A DNA stretch of 64,000 nucleotides from Escherichia coli O127:H6 str. E2348/69 (GCF_000026545.1 NC_011601.1); one strand, 5' to 3'; shown: positions 35,858 to 46,951, numbered from the stretch's first letter. Made by a program: numbers and translations. The notes: generated from the sequence alone by a model not told the origin.

Positions 35858-37966
35858 ATGAATTCTCTGTTTGCCAGTACGGCCCGTGGGCTGGAAGAGC
35901 TGTTAAAAACTGAACTGGAAAACCTGGGGGCCGTTGAATGCCAGGTGGTTCAGGGTGGGGTCCATTTCAAGGGCGACACACGGCTTGTTTACCAGAGCCT
36001 GATGTGGAGCCGCCTGGCCTCGCGTATTATGTTGCCGCTGGGCGAGTGTAAGGTTTACAGCGATTTAGACCTCTATCTCGGTGTTCAGGCGATCAACTGG
36101 ACAGAGATGTTTAATCCTGGCGCGACCTTCGCTGTCCACTTCAGTGGTTTGAATGACACCATACGCAACAGTCAGTACGGTGCGATGAAAGTGAAAGACG
36201 CGATCGTCGATGCTTTCACGCGGAAAAATCTGCCGCGTCCAAATGTTGATCGCGATGCGCCGGATATCCGCGTTAACGTCTGGCTGCATAAAGAAACCGC
36301 CAGTATCGCCCTTGATCTCAGTGGTGATGGTTTACATCTGCGTGGCTATCGCGATCGTGCTGGCATTGCGCCGATCAAAGAAACCCTGGCAGCCGCTATT
36401 GTGATGCGATCCGGCTGGCAGCCAGGAACACCGCTGCTCGATCCAATGTGTGGTTCAGGTACGTTGCTGATTGAAGCGGCTATGTTGGCGACCGACCGCG
36501 CACCGGGCTTGCACCGTGGGCGTTGGGGCTTTAGCGGCTGGACGCAGCATGATGAAGCTATCTGGCAGGAAGTGAAAGCGGAAGCGCAAACTCGTGCCCG
36601 TAAAGGCCTGGCGGAGTATAGCTCCCATTTCTACGGTTCGGACAGTGACGCACGGGTGATTCAACGTGCGCGCACTAACGCCCGTCTTGCGGGGATTGGT
36701 GAACTGATCACCTTTGAGGTGAACGATGTCGCGCAACTGGCCAATCCGCTGCCGAAAGGGCCGTACGGTACAGTGTTGAGCAACCCGCCATACGGTGAAC
36801 GTCTGGACAGCGAACCGGCGCTGATTGCGCTGCATAGTCTGCTGGGCCGAATCATGAAAAACCAGTTCGGTGGCTGGAATCTCTCTTTGTTTAGTGCCTC
36901 GCCGGATCTGCTAAGCTGCCTGCAGCTGCGTGCAGACAAACAGTACAAGGCGAAAAACGGCCCGCTGGACTGCGTACAGAAAAACTACCATGTTGCCGAA
37001 AGCACACCAGACAGCAAACCGGTAATGGCAGCGGAAGACTACGCCAACCGTCTGCGTAAGAACCTCAAAAAATTCGAGAAGTGGGCTCGCCAGGAAGGAA
37101 TTGAATGTTACCGCCTGTATGACGCCGATCTGCCGGAATATAACGTTGCCGTTGACCGTTATGCCGACTGGGTGGTGGTGCAGGAGTATGCGCCGCCAAA
37201 AACTATTGATGCGCACAAAGCGCGTCAGCGTCTGTTCGATATTATCGCTGCAACCATTTCGGTACTGGGGATTGCGCCAAACAAACTGGTGCTGAAAACC
37301 CGTGAACGCCAGAAGGGCAAAAATCAATACCAGAAACTGGGCGAGAAGGGCGAGTTTCTGGAAGTTACCGAATATAACGCTCACTTGTGGGTGAACCTGA
37401 CGGATTACCTCGATACCGGTCTGTTCCTCGATCACCGTATCGCCCGTCGTATGCTCGGTCAGATGAGCAAAGGCAAAGATTTCCTCAACCTGTTCTCTTA
37501 TACCGGCAGCGCCACCGTGCATGCGGGATTAGGCGGTGCACGCAGCACCACCACCGTGGATATGTCGCGTACTTATCTGGAGTGGGCAGAACGCAACCTG
37601 CGTCTGAATGGCCTAACCGGGCGTGCGCATCGCCTGATTCAGGCCGATTGCCTGGCGTGGCTGCGTGAGGCAAATGAACAGTTTGATCTGATCTTTATCG
37701 ATCCGCCAACCTTCTCTAACTCAAAACGAATGGAAGATGCGTTTGATGTTCAGCGCGATCATCTGGCGCTGATGAAAGATTTGAAACGTCTGCTGCGTGC
37801 AGGTGGGACGATCATGTTCTCGAACAACAAACGCGGCTTCCGTATGGATCTCGACGGCCTGGCGAAACTGGGACTGAAAGCACAAGAAATTACGCAAAAA
37901 ACGCTCTCCCAGGATTTCGCCCGTAACCGCCAGATCCACAACTGCTGGCTGATTACCGCAGCCTGA
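35858..37966 (+). CDS. rlmL: Bifunctional 23S rRNA methyltransferase RlmKL (RlmL/YcbY, 702 aa)
   Basis: 702-aa ORF, two SAM-MTase modules (DPMCGSGT and NPPYGERL motifs in the N-terminal half). Confidence 0.95.
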   Translation: MNSLFASTARGLEELLKTELENLGAVECQVVQGGVHFKGDTRLVYQSLMWSRLASRIMLPLGECKVYSDLDLYLGVQAINWTEMFNPGATFAVHFSGLNDTIRNSQYGAMKVKDAIVDAFTRKNLPRPNVDRDAPDIRVNVWLHKETASIALDLSGDGLHLRGYRDRAGIAPIKETLAAAIVMRSGWQPGTPLLDPMCGSGTLLIEAAMLATDRAPGLHRGRWGFSGWTQHDEAIWQEVKAEAQTRARKGLAEYSSHFYGSDSDARVIQRARTNARLAGIGELITFEVNDVAQLANPLPKGPYGTVLSNPPYGERLDSEPALIALHSLLGRIMKNQFGGWNLSLFSASPDLLSCLQLRADKQYKAKNGPLDCVQKNYHVAESTPDSKPVMAAEDYANRLRKNLKKFEKWARQEGIECYRLYDADLPEYNVAVDRYADWVVVQEYAPPKTIDAHKARQRLFDIIAATISVLGIAPNKLVLKTRERQKGKNQYQKLGEKGEFLEVTEYNAHLWVNLTDYLDTGLFLDHRIARRMLGQMSKGKDFLNLFSYTGSATVHAGLGGARSTTTVDMSRTYLEWAERNLRLNGLTGRAHRLIQADCLAWLREANEQFDLIFIDPPTFSNSKRMEDAFDVQRDHLALMKDLKRLLRAGGTIMFSNNKRGFRMDLDGLAKLGLKAQEITQKTLSQDFARNRQIHNCWLITAA

Positions 37967-37977
37967 AAGGAATAGTA

Positions 37978-39885
37978 ATGTCATTAATCAGTATGCATGG
38001 CGCATGGCTGTCGTTCAGCGACGCGCCGCTTCTCGATAACGCCGAACTGCATATCGAAGATAACGAACGTGTTTGTCTGGTGGGGCGTAACGGTGCAGGC
38101 AAATCAACGTTAATGAAGATCCTCAACCGTGAACAGGGGCTGGATGACGGTCGCATTATTTATGAGCAAGATTTGATTGTAGCTCGTCTGCAACAGGATC
38201 CGCCGCGTAACGTTGAGGGTAGCGTTTATGATTTCGTTGCCGAAGGCATTGAAGAACAAGCGGAATACCTGAAACGCTATCACGATATTTCGCGCCTGGT
38301 GATGAACGACCCGAGCGAGAAAAATCTCAACGAACTGGCGAAGGTTCAGGAACAGCTGGATCACCACAACCTGTGGCAGCTGGAAAACCGCATCAACGAA
38401 GTGCTGGCGCAACTGGGATTAGATCCTAATGTTGCGCTGTCGTCGCTTTCCGGCGGCTGGTTGCGTAAAGCGGCATTAGGACGCGCGCTGGTGAGCAATC
38501 CGCGCGTATTGCTGCTCGACGAACCGACTAACCACCTAGATATTGAAACCATCGACTGGCTGGAAGGGTTCCTCAAAACCTTCAATGGGACAATTATTTT
38601 CATTTCCCACGACCGTTCGTTTATCCGCAATATGGCGACGCGCATTGTTGATCTCGATCGCGGCAAGCTGGTGACCTATCCAGGGAATTACGACCAGTAC
38701 CTGCTGGAAAAAGAAGAAGCCCTGCGCGTGGAAGAATTACAAAATGCCGAGTTCGAGCGCAAACTGGCGCAGGAAGAGGTGTGGATCCGCCAGGGGATCA
38801 AAGCACGTCGTACCCGTAATGAAGGCCGCGTACGCGCCCTGAAAGCAATGCGTCGCGAGCGTGGTGAACGTCGCGAAGTGATGGGTACCGCAAAGATGCA
38901 GGTGGAAGAAGCCAGCCGCTCCGGTAAGATCGTTTTCGAAATGGAGGACGTTTGCTACCAGGTTGACGGTAAGCAACTGGTGAAAGATTTTTCTGCCCAG
39001 GTTCTACGCGGCGACAAAATTGCCCTGATTGGTCCGAATGGGTGCGGCAAAACCACGCTGCTGAAACTAATGCTCGGTCAGCTTCAAGCAGACAGCGGGC
39101 GTATTCATGTTGGCACCAAACTGGAAGTGGCTTATTTCGATCAGCACCGCGCGGAACTGGATCCCGATAAAACGGTGATGGATAACCTTGCCGAAGGTAA
39201 GCAAGAGGTGATGGTTAACGGCAAGCCACGCCACGTATTGGGCTATTTGCAGGACTTCCTGTTCCATCCAAAACGGGCGATGACGCCGGTACGTGCGCTT
39301 TCTGGCGGTGAGCGTAACCGCTTGTTGTTGGCGCGTTTGTTCCTCAAACCAAGCAACTTATTGATTCTTGACGAACCGACCAACGATCTTGATGTCGAAA
39401 CGCTGGAACTGCTGGAAGAACTGATCGACAGCTATCAGGGCACGGTATTGCTGGTTAGCCACGATCGTCAGTTTGTCGATAACACCGTTACAGAATGCTG
39501 GATCTTCGAAGGCGGCGGTAAAATTGGTCGTTATGTCGGCGGTTATCATGATGCCCGTGGTCAGCAAGAACAGTATGTGGCGCTCAAACAGCCTGCGGTG
39601 AAAAAAAGCGAAGAAGCCGCTGCGCCAAAAGCAGAAACTGTAAAACGCAGCAGTAGCAAACTAAGCTATAAATTGCAGCGCGAACTGGAGCAGCTACCGC
39701 AATTGCTTGAAGATCTGGAGGCGAAGCTGGAAGCCCTACAGACGCAGGTGGCGGATGCTTCCTTCTTCAGTCAGCCCCATGAGCAGACACAAAAAGTGCT
39801 CGCCGATATGGCTGCTGCAGAGCAGGAGCTGGAGCAAGCCTTTGAACGCTGGGAGTATCTTGAAGCGTTAAAAAATGGTGGCTGA
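37978..39885 (+). CDS. uup: ABC-F family ATPase Uup (635 aa)
   Basis: 635-aa ORF with two ABC cassettes (GRNGAGKST / LSGGWLRKAALGRAL and GPNGCGKTT / LSGGERNRLLLARL) and C-terminal coiled-coil. Confidence 0.95.
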   Translation: MSLISMHGAWLSFSDAPLLDNAELHIEDNERVCLVGRNGAGKSTLMKILNREQGLDDGRIIYEQDLIVARLQQDPPRNVEGSVYDFVAEGIEEQAEYLKRYHDISRLVMNDPSEKNLNELAKVQEQLDHHNLWQLENRINEVLAQLGLDPNVALSSLSGGWLRKAALGRALVSNPRVLLLDEPTNHLDIETIDWLEGFLKTFNGTIIFISHDRSFIRNMATRIVDLDRGKLVTYPGNYDQYLLEKEEALRVEELQNAEFERKLAQEEVWIRQGIKARRTRNEGRVRALKAMRRERGERREVMGTAKMQVEEASRSGKIVFEMEDVCYQVDGKQLVKDFSAQVLRGDKIALIGPNGCGKTTLLKLMLGQLQADSGRIHVGTKLEVAYFDQHRAELDPDKTVMDNLAEGKQEVMVNGKPRHVLGYLQDFLFHPKRAMTPVRALSGGERNRLLLARLFLKPSNLLILDEPTNDLDVETLELLEELIDSYQGTVLLVSHDRQFVDNTVTECWIFEGGGKIGRYVGGYHDARGQQEQYVALKQPAVKKSEEAAAPKAETVKRSSSKLSYKLQRELEQLPQLLEDLEAKLEALQTQVADASFFSQPHEQTQKVLADMAAAEQELEQAFERWEYLEALKNGG

Positions 39886-40014
39886 TCGCAAAATAGTCGA
39901 TTTAAACAGAGACAGCTGACAACGGTAAAATTGCCTGATGAACTGGGTTTATCAGGCATGAAAACCAACACTTTGTTCGTCATCTGTAAAATAGCGCATC
40001 ATTAAGGAGTACCA

Positions 40015-41268
40015 ATGTGCGAACATCATCATGCCGCGAAGCACATCCTGTGCTCGCAGTGTGACATGCTGGTGGCGTTACCGCGCCTTGAGCATGGTCA
40101 GAAAGCGGCATGTCCCCGGTGTGGCACAACGTTAACCGTGGCGTGGGATGCCCCTCGGCAGCGTCCCACCGCCTATGCGTTGGCTGCACTGTTCATGCTG
40201 TTGCTGTCCAACTTGTTTCCTTTTGTGAATATGAACGTTGCAGGAGTTACCAGTGAAATTACATTACTGGAAATTCCCGGCGTGCTTTTTTTTGAGGACT
40301 ACGCCAGCCTCGGCACCTTTTTCCTGTTGTTTGTGCAACTGGTTCCCGCGTTTTGTCTGATAACCATTCTGTTACTGGTGAATCGCGCGGAATTACCGGT
40401 CCGTTTAAAAGAGCAACTGGCACGGGGGCTTTTTCAACTCAAAACCTGGGGAATGGCGGAGATTTTCCTCGCGGGTGTGCTGGTCAGTTTCGTTAAACTG
40501 ATGGCTTACGGCAGCATTGGTGTCGGCAGCAGCTTTCTCCCCTGGTGTTTATTTTGTGTCCTGCAACTGCGCGCCTTTCAGTGCGTTGATCGTCGCTGGT
40601 TATGGGATGACATCGCCCCGATGCCAGAGCTGCGCCAGCCGCTAAAACCAGGCGTCACGGGGATACGTCAGGGGCTGCGTTCGTGCTCCTGTTGTACGGC
40701 AATCCTTCCTGCTGATGAACCCGTGTGCCCGCGCTGTGGTACTAAAGGGTACGTTCGACGTAGAAACAGCCTGCAATGGACACTCGCGCTGCTTGTTACG
40801 TCCATCATGCTGTATCTTCCGGCTAATATTTTGCCCATCATGGTGACGGATTTATTAGGCTCGAAGATGCCGTCGACGATTCTTGCTGGGGTCATCCTGT
40901 TATGGAGCGAAGGCTCTTATCCCGTCGCTGCGGTGATCTTTCTGGCCAGTATTATGGTGCCAACGTTAAAGATGATCGCCATTGCGTGGCTGTGTTGGGA
41001 TGCCAAAGGACACGGCAAGCGCGACAGTGAAAGAATGCATTTGATTTATGAAGTTGTTGAGTTTGTAGGCCGCTGGTCGATGATTGACGTTTTCGTTATC
41101 GCGGTGCTCTCGGCGCTGGTGCGTATGGGAGGTTTAATGAGTATTTATCCGGCAATGGGTGCATTAATGTTTGCTTTAGTCGTCATAATGACAATGTTTT
41201 CTGCTATGACGTTTGACCCGCGTTTGTCGTGGGATCGTCAACCTGAATCAGAGCATGAGGAGTCCTGA
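40015..41268 (+). CDS. pqiA: Paraquat-inducible membrane protein PqiA (417 aa)
   Basis: 417-aa ORF with two CxxC zinc-ribbon-like motifs and multiple transmembrane segments. Confidence 0.9.
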   Translation: MCEHHHAAKHILCSQCDMLVALPRLEHGQKAACPRCGTTLTVAWDAPRQRPTAYALAALFMLLLSNLFPFVNMNVAGVTSEITLLEIPGVLFFEDYASLGTFFLLFVQLVPAFCLITILLLVNRAELPVRLKEQLARGLFQLKTWGMAEIFLAGVLVSFVKLMAYGSIGVGSSFLPWCLFCVLQLRAFQCVDRRWLWDDIAPMPELRQPLKPGVTGIRQGLRSCSCCTAILPADEPVCPRCGTKGYVRRRNSLQWTLALLVTSIMLYLPANILPIMVTDLLGSKMPSTILAGVILLWSEGSYPVAAVIFLASIMVPTLKMIAIAWLCWDAKGHGKRDSERMHLIYEVVEFVGRWSMIDVFVIAVLSALVRMGGLMSIYPAMGALMFALVVIMTMFSAMTFDPRLSWDRQPESEHEES

Positions 41269-41272
41269 CAGT

Positions 41273-42913
41273 ATGGAATCTAATAATGGGGAAGCCAAAA
41301 TCCAGAAAGTGAAGAACTGGTCTCCCGTGTGGATATTTCCTATCGTCACGGCGCTCATTGGGGCCTGGGTTCTTTTTTATCATTACAGCCATCAGGGACC
41401 GGAAGTGACCCTGATCACCGCGAATGCGGAAGGAATTGAAGGTGGCAAAACCACCATTAAAAGCCGTAGCGTTGACGTCGGCGTGGTTGAAAGCGCCACA
41501 CTGGCTGATGATTTGACGCACGTTGAAATCAAAGCGCGGCTGAATTCCGGTATGGAAAAATTGCTGCATAAAGATACCGTCTTTTGGGTGGTGAAACCGC
41601 AGATTGGTCGAGAAGGGATTAGCGGCCTGGGAACGCTACTGTCTGGGGTTTATATCGAACTGCAGCCAGGCGCGAAAGGCAGCAAAATGGATAAATACGA
41701 TTTGCTGGACTCGCCACCGTTGGCCCCGCCTGATGCGAAAGGTATCCGTGTGCTTCTCGATAGCAAAAAAGCCGGGCAGCTCTCGCCAGGAGATCCGGTG
41801 CTGTTCCGTGGCTATCGGGTAGGTTCGGTTGAAACCAGCACTTTCGATACGCAAAAACGCAATATCAGCTATCAACTGTTCATCAATGCACCTTATGACC
41901 GACTGGTGACCAGCAATGTTCGTTTCTGGAAAGATAGTGGCATTGCGGTTGATCTGACGTCAGCGGGAATGCGTGTGGAGATGGGCTCATTGACAACGCT
42001 GCTTAGTGGCGGTGTCAGCTTTGATGTGCCGGAAGGTCTGGATTTAGGGCAGCCAGTGGCACCGAAAACAGCTTTCGTTTTGTATGATGATCAGAAGAGC
42101 ATTCAGGATTCGTTGTACACCGATCACATTGATTATCTGATGTTCTTTAAAGATTCGGTACGCGGTCTGCAACCGGGAGCTCCGGTAGAATTCCGGGGTA
42201 TTCGCCTGGGTACCGTAAGCAAAGTGCCATTCTTTGCGCCGAATATGCGTCAGACATTTAACGATGATTACCGTATTCCGGTACTGATTCGTATCGAGCC
42301 AGAGCGGCTGAAAATGCAGCTTGGCGAAAATGCGGATGTTGTTGAGCACCTTGGCGAATTGTTGAAACGTGGTTTACGCGGATCGCTGAAAACCGGAAAC
42401 CTGGTCACTGGCGCACTGTATGTTGATCTCGATTTCTATCCAAATACGCCTGCAATAACCGGTATTCGTGAATTTAATGGTTATCAGATTATCCCGACCG
42501 TCAGCGGCGGCCTGGCGCAAATCCAGCAACGACTGATGGAAGCGTTGGATAAGATCAACAAACTGCCACTGAATCCGATGATTGAACAGGCAACCAGTAC
42601 GCTTTCTGAAAGTCAGCGCACAATGAAAAACCTGCAAACGACGCTGGATAGCATGAACAAGATCCTTGCCAGCCAGTCGATGCAGCAGTTACCGACGGAT
42701 ATGCAGTCAACGTTGCGTGAATTGAATCGCAGCATGCAGGGCTTCCAGCCTGGTTCCGCAGCCTACAACAAGATGGTGGCGGATATGCAGCGCCTTGATC
42801 AGGTGTTGCGAGAACTGCAACCGGTGCTGAAAACGCTCAACGAGAAGAGTAACGCGCTGGTATTTGAAGCGAAGGACAAAAAAGATCCAGAGCCGAAGAG
42901 GGCGAAACAATGA
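41273..42913 (+). CDS. pqiB: MCE-domain envelope-spanning protein PqiB (546 aa)
   Basis: ORF-track entry starts at 41213; ATG at 41273 gives MESNNGEAKIQKVKNWSPVWIFPIV (546 aa); overlaps pqiC (ATGA). Confidence 0.9.
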   Translation: MESNNGEAKIQKVKNWSPVWIFPIVTALIGAWVLFYHYSHQGPEVTLITANAEGIEGGKTTIKSRSVDVGVVESATLADDLTHVEIKARLNSGMEKLLHKDTVFWVVKPQIGREGISGLGTLLSGVYIELQPGAKGSKMDKYDLLDSPPLAPPDAKGIRVLLDSKKAGQLSPGDPVLFRGYRVGSVETSTFDTQKRNISYQLFINAPYDRLVTSNVRFWKDSGIAVDLTSAGMRVEMGSLTTLLSGGVSFDVPEGLDLGQPVAPKTAFVLYDDQKSIQDSLYTDHIDYLMFFKDSVRGLQPGAPVEFRGIRLGTVSKVPFFAPNMRQTFNDDYRIPVLIRIEPERLKMQLGENADVVEHLGELLKRGLRGSLKTGNLVTGALYVDLDFYPNTPAITGIREFNGYQIIPTVSGGLAQIQQRLMEALDKINKLPLNPMIEQATSTLSESQRTMKNLQTTLDSMNKILASQSMQQLPTDMQSTLRELNRSMQGFQPGSAAYNKMVADMQRLDQVLRELQPVLKTLNEKSNALVFEAKDKKDPEPKRAKQ

Positions 42914-43473
42914 AAAAGTGGCTAGTGACGATTGCGGCACTCTGGCTGGCCGGATGCAGCTCCGGCGAAATTAATAAAAACTATTACCAGTTACCTGTGG
43001 TGCAGAGCGGTACACAAAGCACCGCCAGCCAGGGTAATCGCCTGTTATGGGTTGAGCAGGTCGCTGTTCCTGACTATCTGGCGGGGAATGGTGTGGTTTA
43101 TCAAACCAGTGATGTGAAGTATGTGATTGCCAACAACAACCTGTGGGCCAGCCCGTTGGATCAACAGTTGCGCAACACCCTGGTTGCCAACCTGAGTACG
43201 CAACTGCCCGGCTGGGTGGTTGCCTCCCAGCCTCTGGGAAGCGCCCAGGACACGCTCAATGTTACCGTCACGGAGTTTAACGGTCGCTATGATGGCAAGG
43301 TCATTGTCAGTGGTGAGTGGCTGTTGAACCACCAGGGACAACTGATCAAACGTCCGTTCCGTCTGGAAGGAGTGCAAACTCAGGATGGTTACGATGAGAT
43401 GGTTAAAGTGCTGGCCAGTGTCTGGAGTCAGGAAGCCGCTTCTATTGCGCAAGAGATAAAGCGTCTACCTTAA
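42910..43473 (+). CDS. pqiC: Outer-membrane lipoprotein PqiC (YmbA, 187 aa)
   Basis: 187-aa ORF with lipobox LAGCSS after the signal peptide. Confidence 0.85.
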   Translation: MKKWLVTIAALWLAGCSSGEINKNYYQLPVVQSGTQSTASQGNRLLWVEQVAVPDYLAGNGVVYQTSDVKYVIANNNLWASPLDQQLRNTLVANLSTQLPGWVVASQPLGSAQDTLNVTVTEFNGRYDGKVIVSGEWLLNHQGQLIKRPFRLEGVQTQDGYDEMVKVLASVWSQEAASIAQEIKRLP

Positions 43474-43495
43474 TCATAAAGATTTGTAAATATAA

Positions 43496-43529
43496 CCGTC
43501 TCCGGTATGTTGCCTGAGGCGGTTTTTTT
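43496..43529 (+). terminator. Rho-independent terminator after pqiC
   Basis: Hairpin ccgtctccggtatgttgcctgaggcgg (43496-43522) followed by ttttttt. Confidence 0.65.
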
Positions 43530-43728
43530 GTTTCTAACGTGCGGAAAAAGTTGTTCCTCTTCACATTTTTTGTACAACCGACATGCCCGTGTAGTTCACA
43601 AATATGACAGTGGCGTGAATTTTGCGCATTGACGGCAGTTATGATTCGCGGTATTGCTTAACTGTGATTGCATATTTAGTAATCACTGTTTTCTTTTCCA
43701 CCAGAAACCAGTATGAGGGAAACGAGGC

Positions 43729-43896
43729 ATGAAGAGACAAAAACGAGATCGCCTGGAACGGGCACATCAACGTGGTTATCAGGCCGGCATCGCCGGACGC
43801 TCAAAAGAAATGTGTCCCTATCAGACGCTGAATCAAAGGTCACAATGGCTGGGAGGCTGGCGAGAAGCCATGGCGGACAGGGTAGTAATGGCCTGA
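43729..43896 (+). CDS. rmf: Ribosome modulation factor Rmf (55 aa)
   Basis: Hand-translated: MKRQKRDRLERAHQRGYQAGIAGRSKEMCPYQTLNQRSQWLGGWREAMADRVVMA; below the 60-aa ORF-track threshold; the track instead shows a spurious 65-aa ORF in another frame. Confidence 0.9.
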   Translation: MKRQKRDRLERAHQRGYQAGIAGRSKEMCPYQTLNQRSQWLGGWREAMADRVVMA

Positions 43897-43914
43897 TTCT
43901 GTCTCTTTAAAAAG

Positions 43915-43937
43915 AAACCTCCGCATTGCGGAGGTTT
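43915..43937. terminator. Bidirectional rho-independent terminator between convergent rmf and fabA
   Basis: Hairpin aaacctccgcattgcggaggttt with T-rich flank on the fabA side (ttaaaaag upstream on +) and cgccttt on the rmf side. Confidence 0.65.
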
Positions 43938-43965
43938 CGCCTTTATATACTCTGTCTGATTAAAA

Positions 43966-44484
43966 TCAGAATGCAGACGTATCCTGGAACAGACCTACTT
44001 TCAGGTCGTTGGCGGTATAGATCAAACGACCATCAACCAGCACTTCGCCATCAGCTAGGCCCATAATCAGACGACGGTTAACTATGCGTTTAAAGTGAAT
44101 ACGATAGGTCACTTTTTTCGCCGTCGGCAGCACCTGGCCTGTGAATTTCACTTCACCTACGCCCAGCGCGCGACCTTTACCTTCGCCGCCCAGCCAGCCG
44201 AGGTAGAACCCTACCAGCTGCCACATTGCGTCCAGGCCCAGGCATCCCGGCATAACCGGATCGCCGATAAAGTGGCATCCGAAGAACCACAGATCCGGAT
44301 TGATATCCAGCTCTGCTTCAACATACCCTTTGTCGAAGTTACCACCCGTTTCGGTCATTTTGACCACACGGTCCATCATCAGCATGTTTGGTGCTGGCAA
44401 TTGCGGGCCTTTAGCGCCAAACAGTTCACCGCGACCAGAGGCAAGAAGGTCTTCTTTTGTATAGGATTCGCGTTTATCTACCAT
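43966..44484 (-). CDS. fabA: 3-hydroxydecanoyl-ACP dehydratase/isomerase FabA (172 aa)
   Basis: ORF-track entry extends to 44682; ATG at 44484 (minus) gives [23 protein letters not shown]; active-site region [13 protein letters not shown]. Confidence 0.95.
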   Translation of the reverse strand: MVDKRESYTKEDLLASGRGELFGAKGPQLPAPNMLMMDRVVKMTETGGNFDKGYVEAELDINPDLWFFGCHFIGDPVMPGCLGLDAMWQLVGFYLGWLGGEGKGRALGVGEVKFTGQVLPTAKKVTYRIHFKRIVNRRLIMGLADGEVLVDGRLIYTANDLKVGLFQDTSAF

Positions 44485-44522
44485 GTTCTCTGTAAGCCTT
44501 ATTTTATTGAAGCACGCAGGAT

Positions 44523-44558
44523 AGCTAACACGTGTACGCTGAACAAGTCCGATCAGTT
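44523..44558 (-). promoter_or_regulatory. fabA promoter operators: FabR palindrome (44523-44540) and FadR site (44541-44558)
   Basis: Minus strand reads AACTGATCGGACTTGTTC (FadR-like) directly followed by AGCGTACACGTGTTAGCT (perfect 18-bp palindrome, FabR-like), 40-75 nt upstream of the fabA ATG. Confidence 0.65.
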
Positions 44559-46313
44559 CGGAATAAACCAGTTCAGCCAACGTAATGGCCATGGAAAACG
44601 GTGACGTCCTTCCTGTTGCGATGCTTGTGCGATACGTTCCTGGATGGTTTGCATCAGCGTCGTTTGGCCTTCGCCATCCCACACCAGATTTAATAATAAC
44701 GGCAGTGCGTCAGTCACATCGTCTACTGCCCAGATGGTGAATTTGTCTTCTTCTACCGCTTTCACCAGTTCACTGTGAAGACTTAAATGGCGAACGTTAG
44801 CTGTGGGGATAATGACACCTTGTTTCCCCGTTAACTCACGTTGCTGGCAAATAGCAAAGAAGCCTTCGATTTTCTCATTTAAACCACCGACTGGCTGGGC
44901 GCGACCGAACTGATCGACTGAACCTGTGATAGCGATACTCTGATTCACCGGCACATCGGCGAGGGCGCTTATCAGGGCGCAGAGTTCAGCCATCGAGGCA
45001 CTATCGCCATCCACTTCACTGTATGACTGCTCAAATGTCAGCGATGCTGAGAAGGGGATCTGTTGCTCAAGCTGTAGTTCCGACATCAGGAACGCTTGCA
45101 TGATCATCATCCCTTTTGCATGGATATTGCCGCCAAGCTCCGCTTTGCGTTCGATGTCGGTGAATTCACCATCGCCAATATGTACAACGCAGCTAATGCG
45201 AGAAGGTTCGCCAAAAGCGCGTGGATGACCCGGAAATTCAATGACCGAAAGGGCGTTAATTTGCCCGATGCGTTCGCCTTCGGTTTCAATCAGGATTTGC
45301 TCCTGAAGGATCTCATCCTGCATGCGTTCAGCGAGGAAACCTTCGCGCCATTCACGCTGCTGTAGCATTAAGTTTAGCTGCTCGCCGGAGAAGGTGTCGC
45401 CATCACACAGGGAGGCGACCTCTTGACACTGGCGGAGGATCCACTGCGGGCTAAGCGGAAGTGTTTCTTGTTCACCAGTGTAGCGTGCTGCTTCGCGGAT
45501 AAGCACCGGCCAGGCATCCGCTCCCGGTGCAGGTAAGTGATTATGTCTGGCGGTAAATGTCACCCAGCGACACCACTGGCTTACTGACTCCGCATCGACA
45601 ATCTGCAGAGTATCTTCAAATTCGCTATAAATAGTCTGCTCTGAAAGCTCTGGTTCTATCTCCTGGAAATCAGCCAATGATTCGCGTTCGCCTACCAGAA
45701 TGACTTTCAGCTTCAATGGCATCGAAGGCACAGAGACGGGGAGAGGGCGCGACTCATCAAACGCAACCCAGTCAAAACGCTCGCGGTTAACGATATTTTT
45801 CAGCCGCATCCACAGCAGAGGTTGCGCCAGCAGTGTACGCAAAGAGATGATGAGAATACCGCCATTTGCCTGATGCACCAGACCAGGCTGCAGGGTAATA
45901 TCGCCATTAAACTGACGCAGGCAGCCAAAGAGTTGCTCTGCTTCTACCCAGTCGGCAGCGACAACTTGCGTTAAAGTCGCAAAATTATCATCTGCACTCA
46001 CTGCGTGACGTAAGCGGATGGTGTGGCCGGAAACCTCATAGTGACCGCCCACCAGTTGGCCTGCATCGCTTTGTAGCGTACGCGCGGCATCAGCAATAAG
46101 ATTCAGATACTCAGACTCTTCCGGGGCCTTCGCCAGCATAAAAGAGGAGGATGCTCGCGTATGCAGCAACTGCTCCAGCGCAAATTGCAGTCGCGGTTGA
46201 GTATCACTGAATAAAGGATCGTTTTCGTCAATCAAATGTGGCTGAGCAAATATTTCCTGATAGCTATCGGTATCAGGAACCAGGTCACGCCATGCAAGTT
46301 TCGTAATGGTCAA
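44553..46313 (-). CDS. ycbZ: Lon-like protease YcbZ (586 aa)
   Basis: 586-aa ORF; C-terminal Lon protease domain with putative Ser-Lys dyad ([17 protein letters not shown] ... GGLNEKIEG); no canonical Walker A seen in the translation. Confidence 0.9.
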   Translation of the reverse strand: MTITKLAWRDLVPDTDSYQEIFAQPHLIDENDPLFSDTQPRLQFALEQLLHTRASSSFMLAKAPEESEYLNLIADAARTLQSDAGQLVGGHYEVSGHTIRLRHAVSADDNFATLTQVVAADWVEAEQLFGCLRQFNGDITLQPGLVHQANGGILIISLRTLLAQPLLWMRLKNIVNRERFDWVAFDESRPLPVSVPSMPLKLKVILVGERESLADFQEIEPELSEQTIYSEFEDTLQIVDAESVSQWCRWVTFTARHNHLPAPGADAWPVLIREAARYTGEQETLPLSPQWILRQCQEVASLCDGDTFSGEQLNLMLQQREWREGFLAERMQDEILQEQILIETEGERIGQINALSVIEFPGHPRAFGEPSRISCVVHIGDGEFTDIERKAELGGNIHAKGMMIMQAFLMSELQLEQQIPFSASLTFEQSYSEVDGDSASMAELCALISALADVPVNQSIAITGSVDQFGRAQPVGGLNEKIEGFFAICQQRELTGKQGVIIPTANVRHLSLHSELVKAVEEDKFTIWAVDDVTDALPLLLNLVWDGEGQTTLMQTIQERIAQASQQEGRHRFPWPLRWLNWFIPN

Positions 46314-46498
46314 AGTTGATGTTTTTTAGTCTGTTGTCAAAGCCGCGATTATACCGTAACCGGCACTGCAGCACACGTAGAAAGCAACGACAATACTCCT
46401 GGCATGGGCGTTAAAGCTCACAGGATGGAGATTCTTTTCTTCACTGGCCTAAAAAGCTGATATTCTGTAAAGAGTTACACGGTAACATTGAGATCGCT

Positions 46499-46951
46499 AT
46501 GAAATATCAACAACTTGAAAATCTTGAAAGCGGTTGGAAATGGAAGTATCTGGTGAAGAAGCACCGCGAAGGGGAGTTAATCACCCGTTACATAGAAGCC
46601 AGTGCCGCCCAGGAAGCCGTCGATGAGTTGCTCTCGCTGGAAAATGAACCCGTGCTGGTAAATGGTTGGATTGACAAGCATATGAATCCGGAACTGGTCA
46701 ATCGCATGAAGCAGACCATTCGGGCCAGACGGAAGCGCCATTTTAATGCAGAACACCAGCATACGCGCAAAAAATCGATCGATCTGGAATTTATCGTCTG
46801 GCAACGTCTGGCTGGCCTTGCGCAGCGTCGCGGTAAAACGCTTTCTGAAACGATTGTTCAGCTGATTGAAGATGCGGAAAACAAAGAGAAATACGCGAAT
46901 AAAATGTCTTCTTTGAAGCAGGATCTGCAGGCATTGCTGGGTAAGGAATAA
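46499..46951 (+). CDS. matP: Ter macrodomain organizer MatP (150 aa)
   Basis: 150-aa ORF starting [26 protein letters not shown]. Confidence 0.9.
   Translation: MKYQQLENLESGWKWKYLVKKHREGELITRYIEASAAQEAVDELLSLENEPVLVNGWIDKHMNPELVNRMKQTIRARRKRHFNAEHQHTRKKSIDLEFIVWQRLAGLAQRRGKTLSETIVQLIEDAENKEKYANKMSSLKQDLQALLGKE

Noticed and set aside
39886-40014. Imperfect palindrome cctgatgaactgggtttatcagg between uup and pqiA as a possible REP element or operator
   Set aside because: Does not match the REP consensus seen at 28262-28453 and I cannot assign it to a known regulator (pqiA is SoxS/MarA-regulated, but I could not place a convincing box).
43713-43910. 65-aa ORF from the track overlapping rmf
   Set aside because: It is an alternative frame of the rmf locus; the +1-shifted frame starting at 43729 encodes the canonical 55-aa Rmf.
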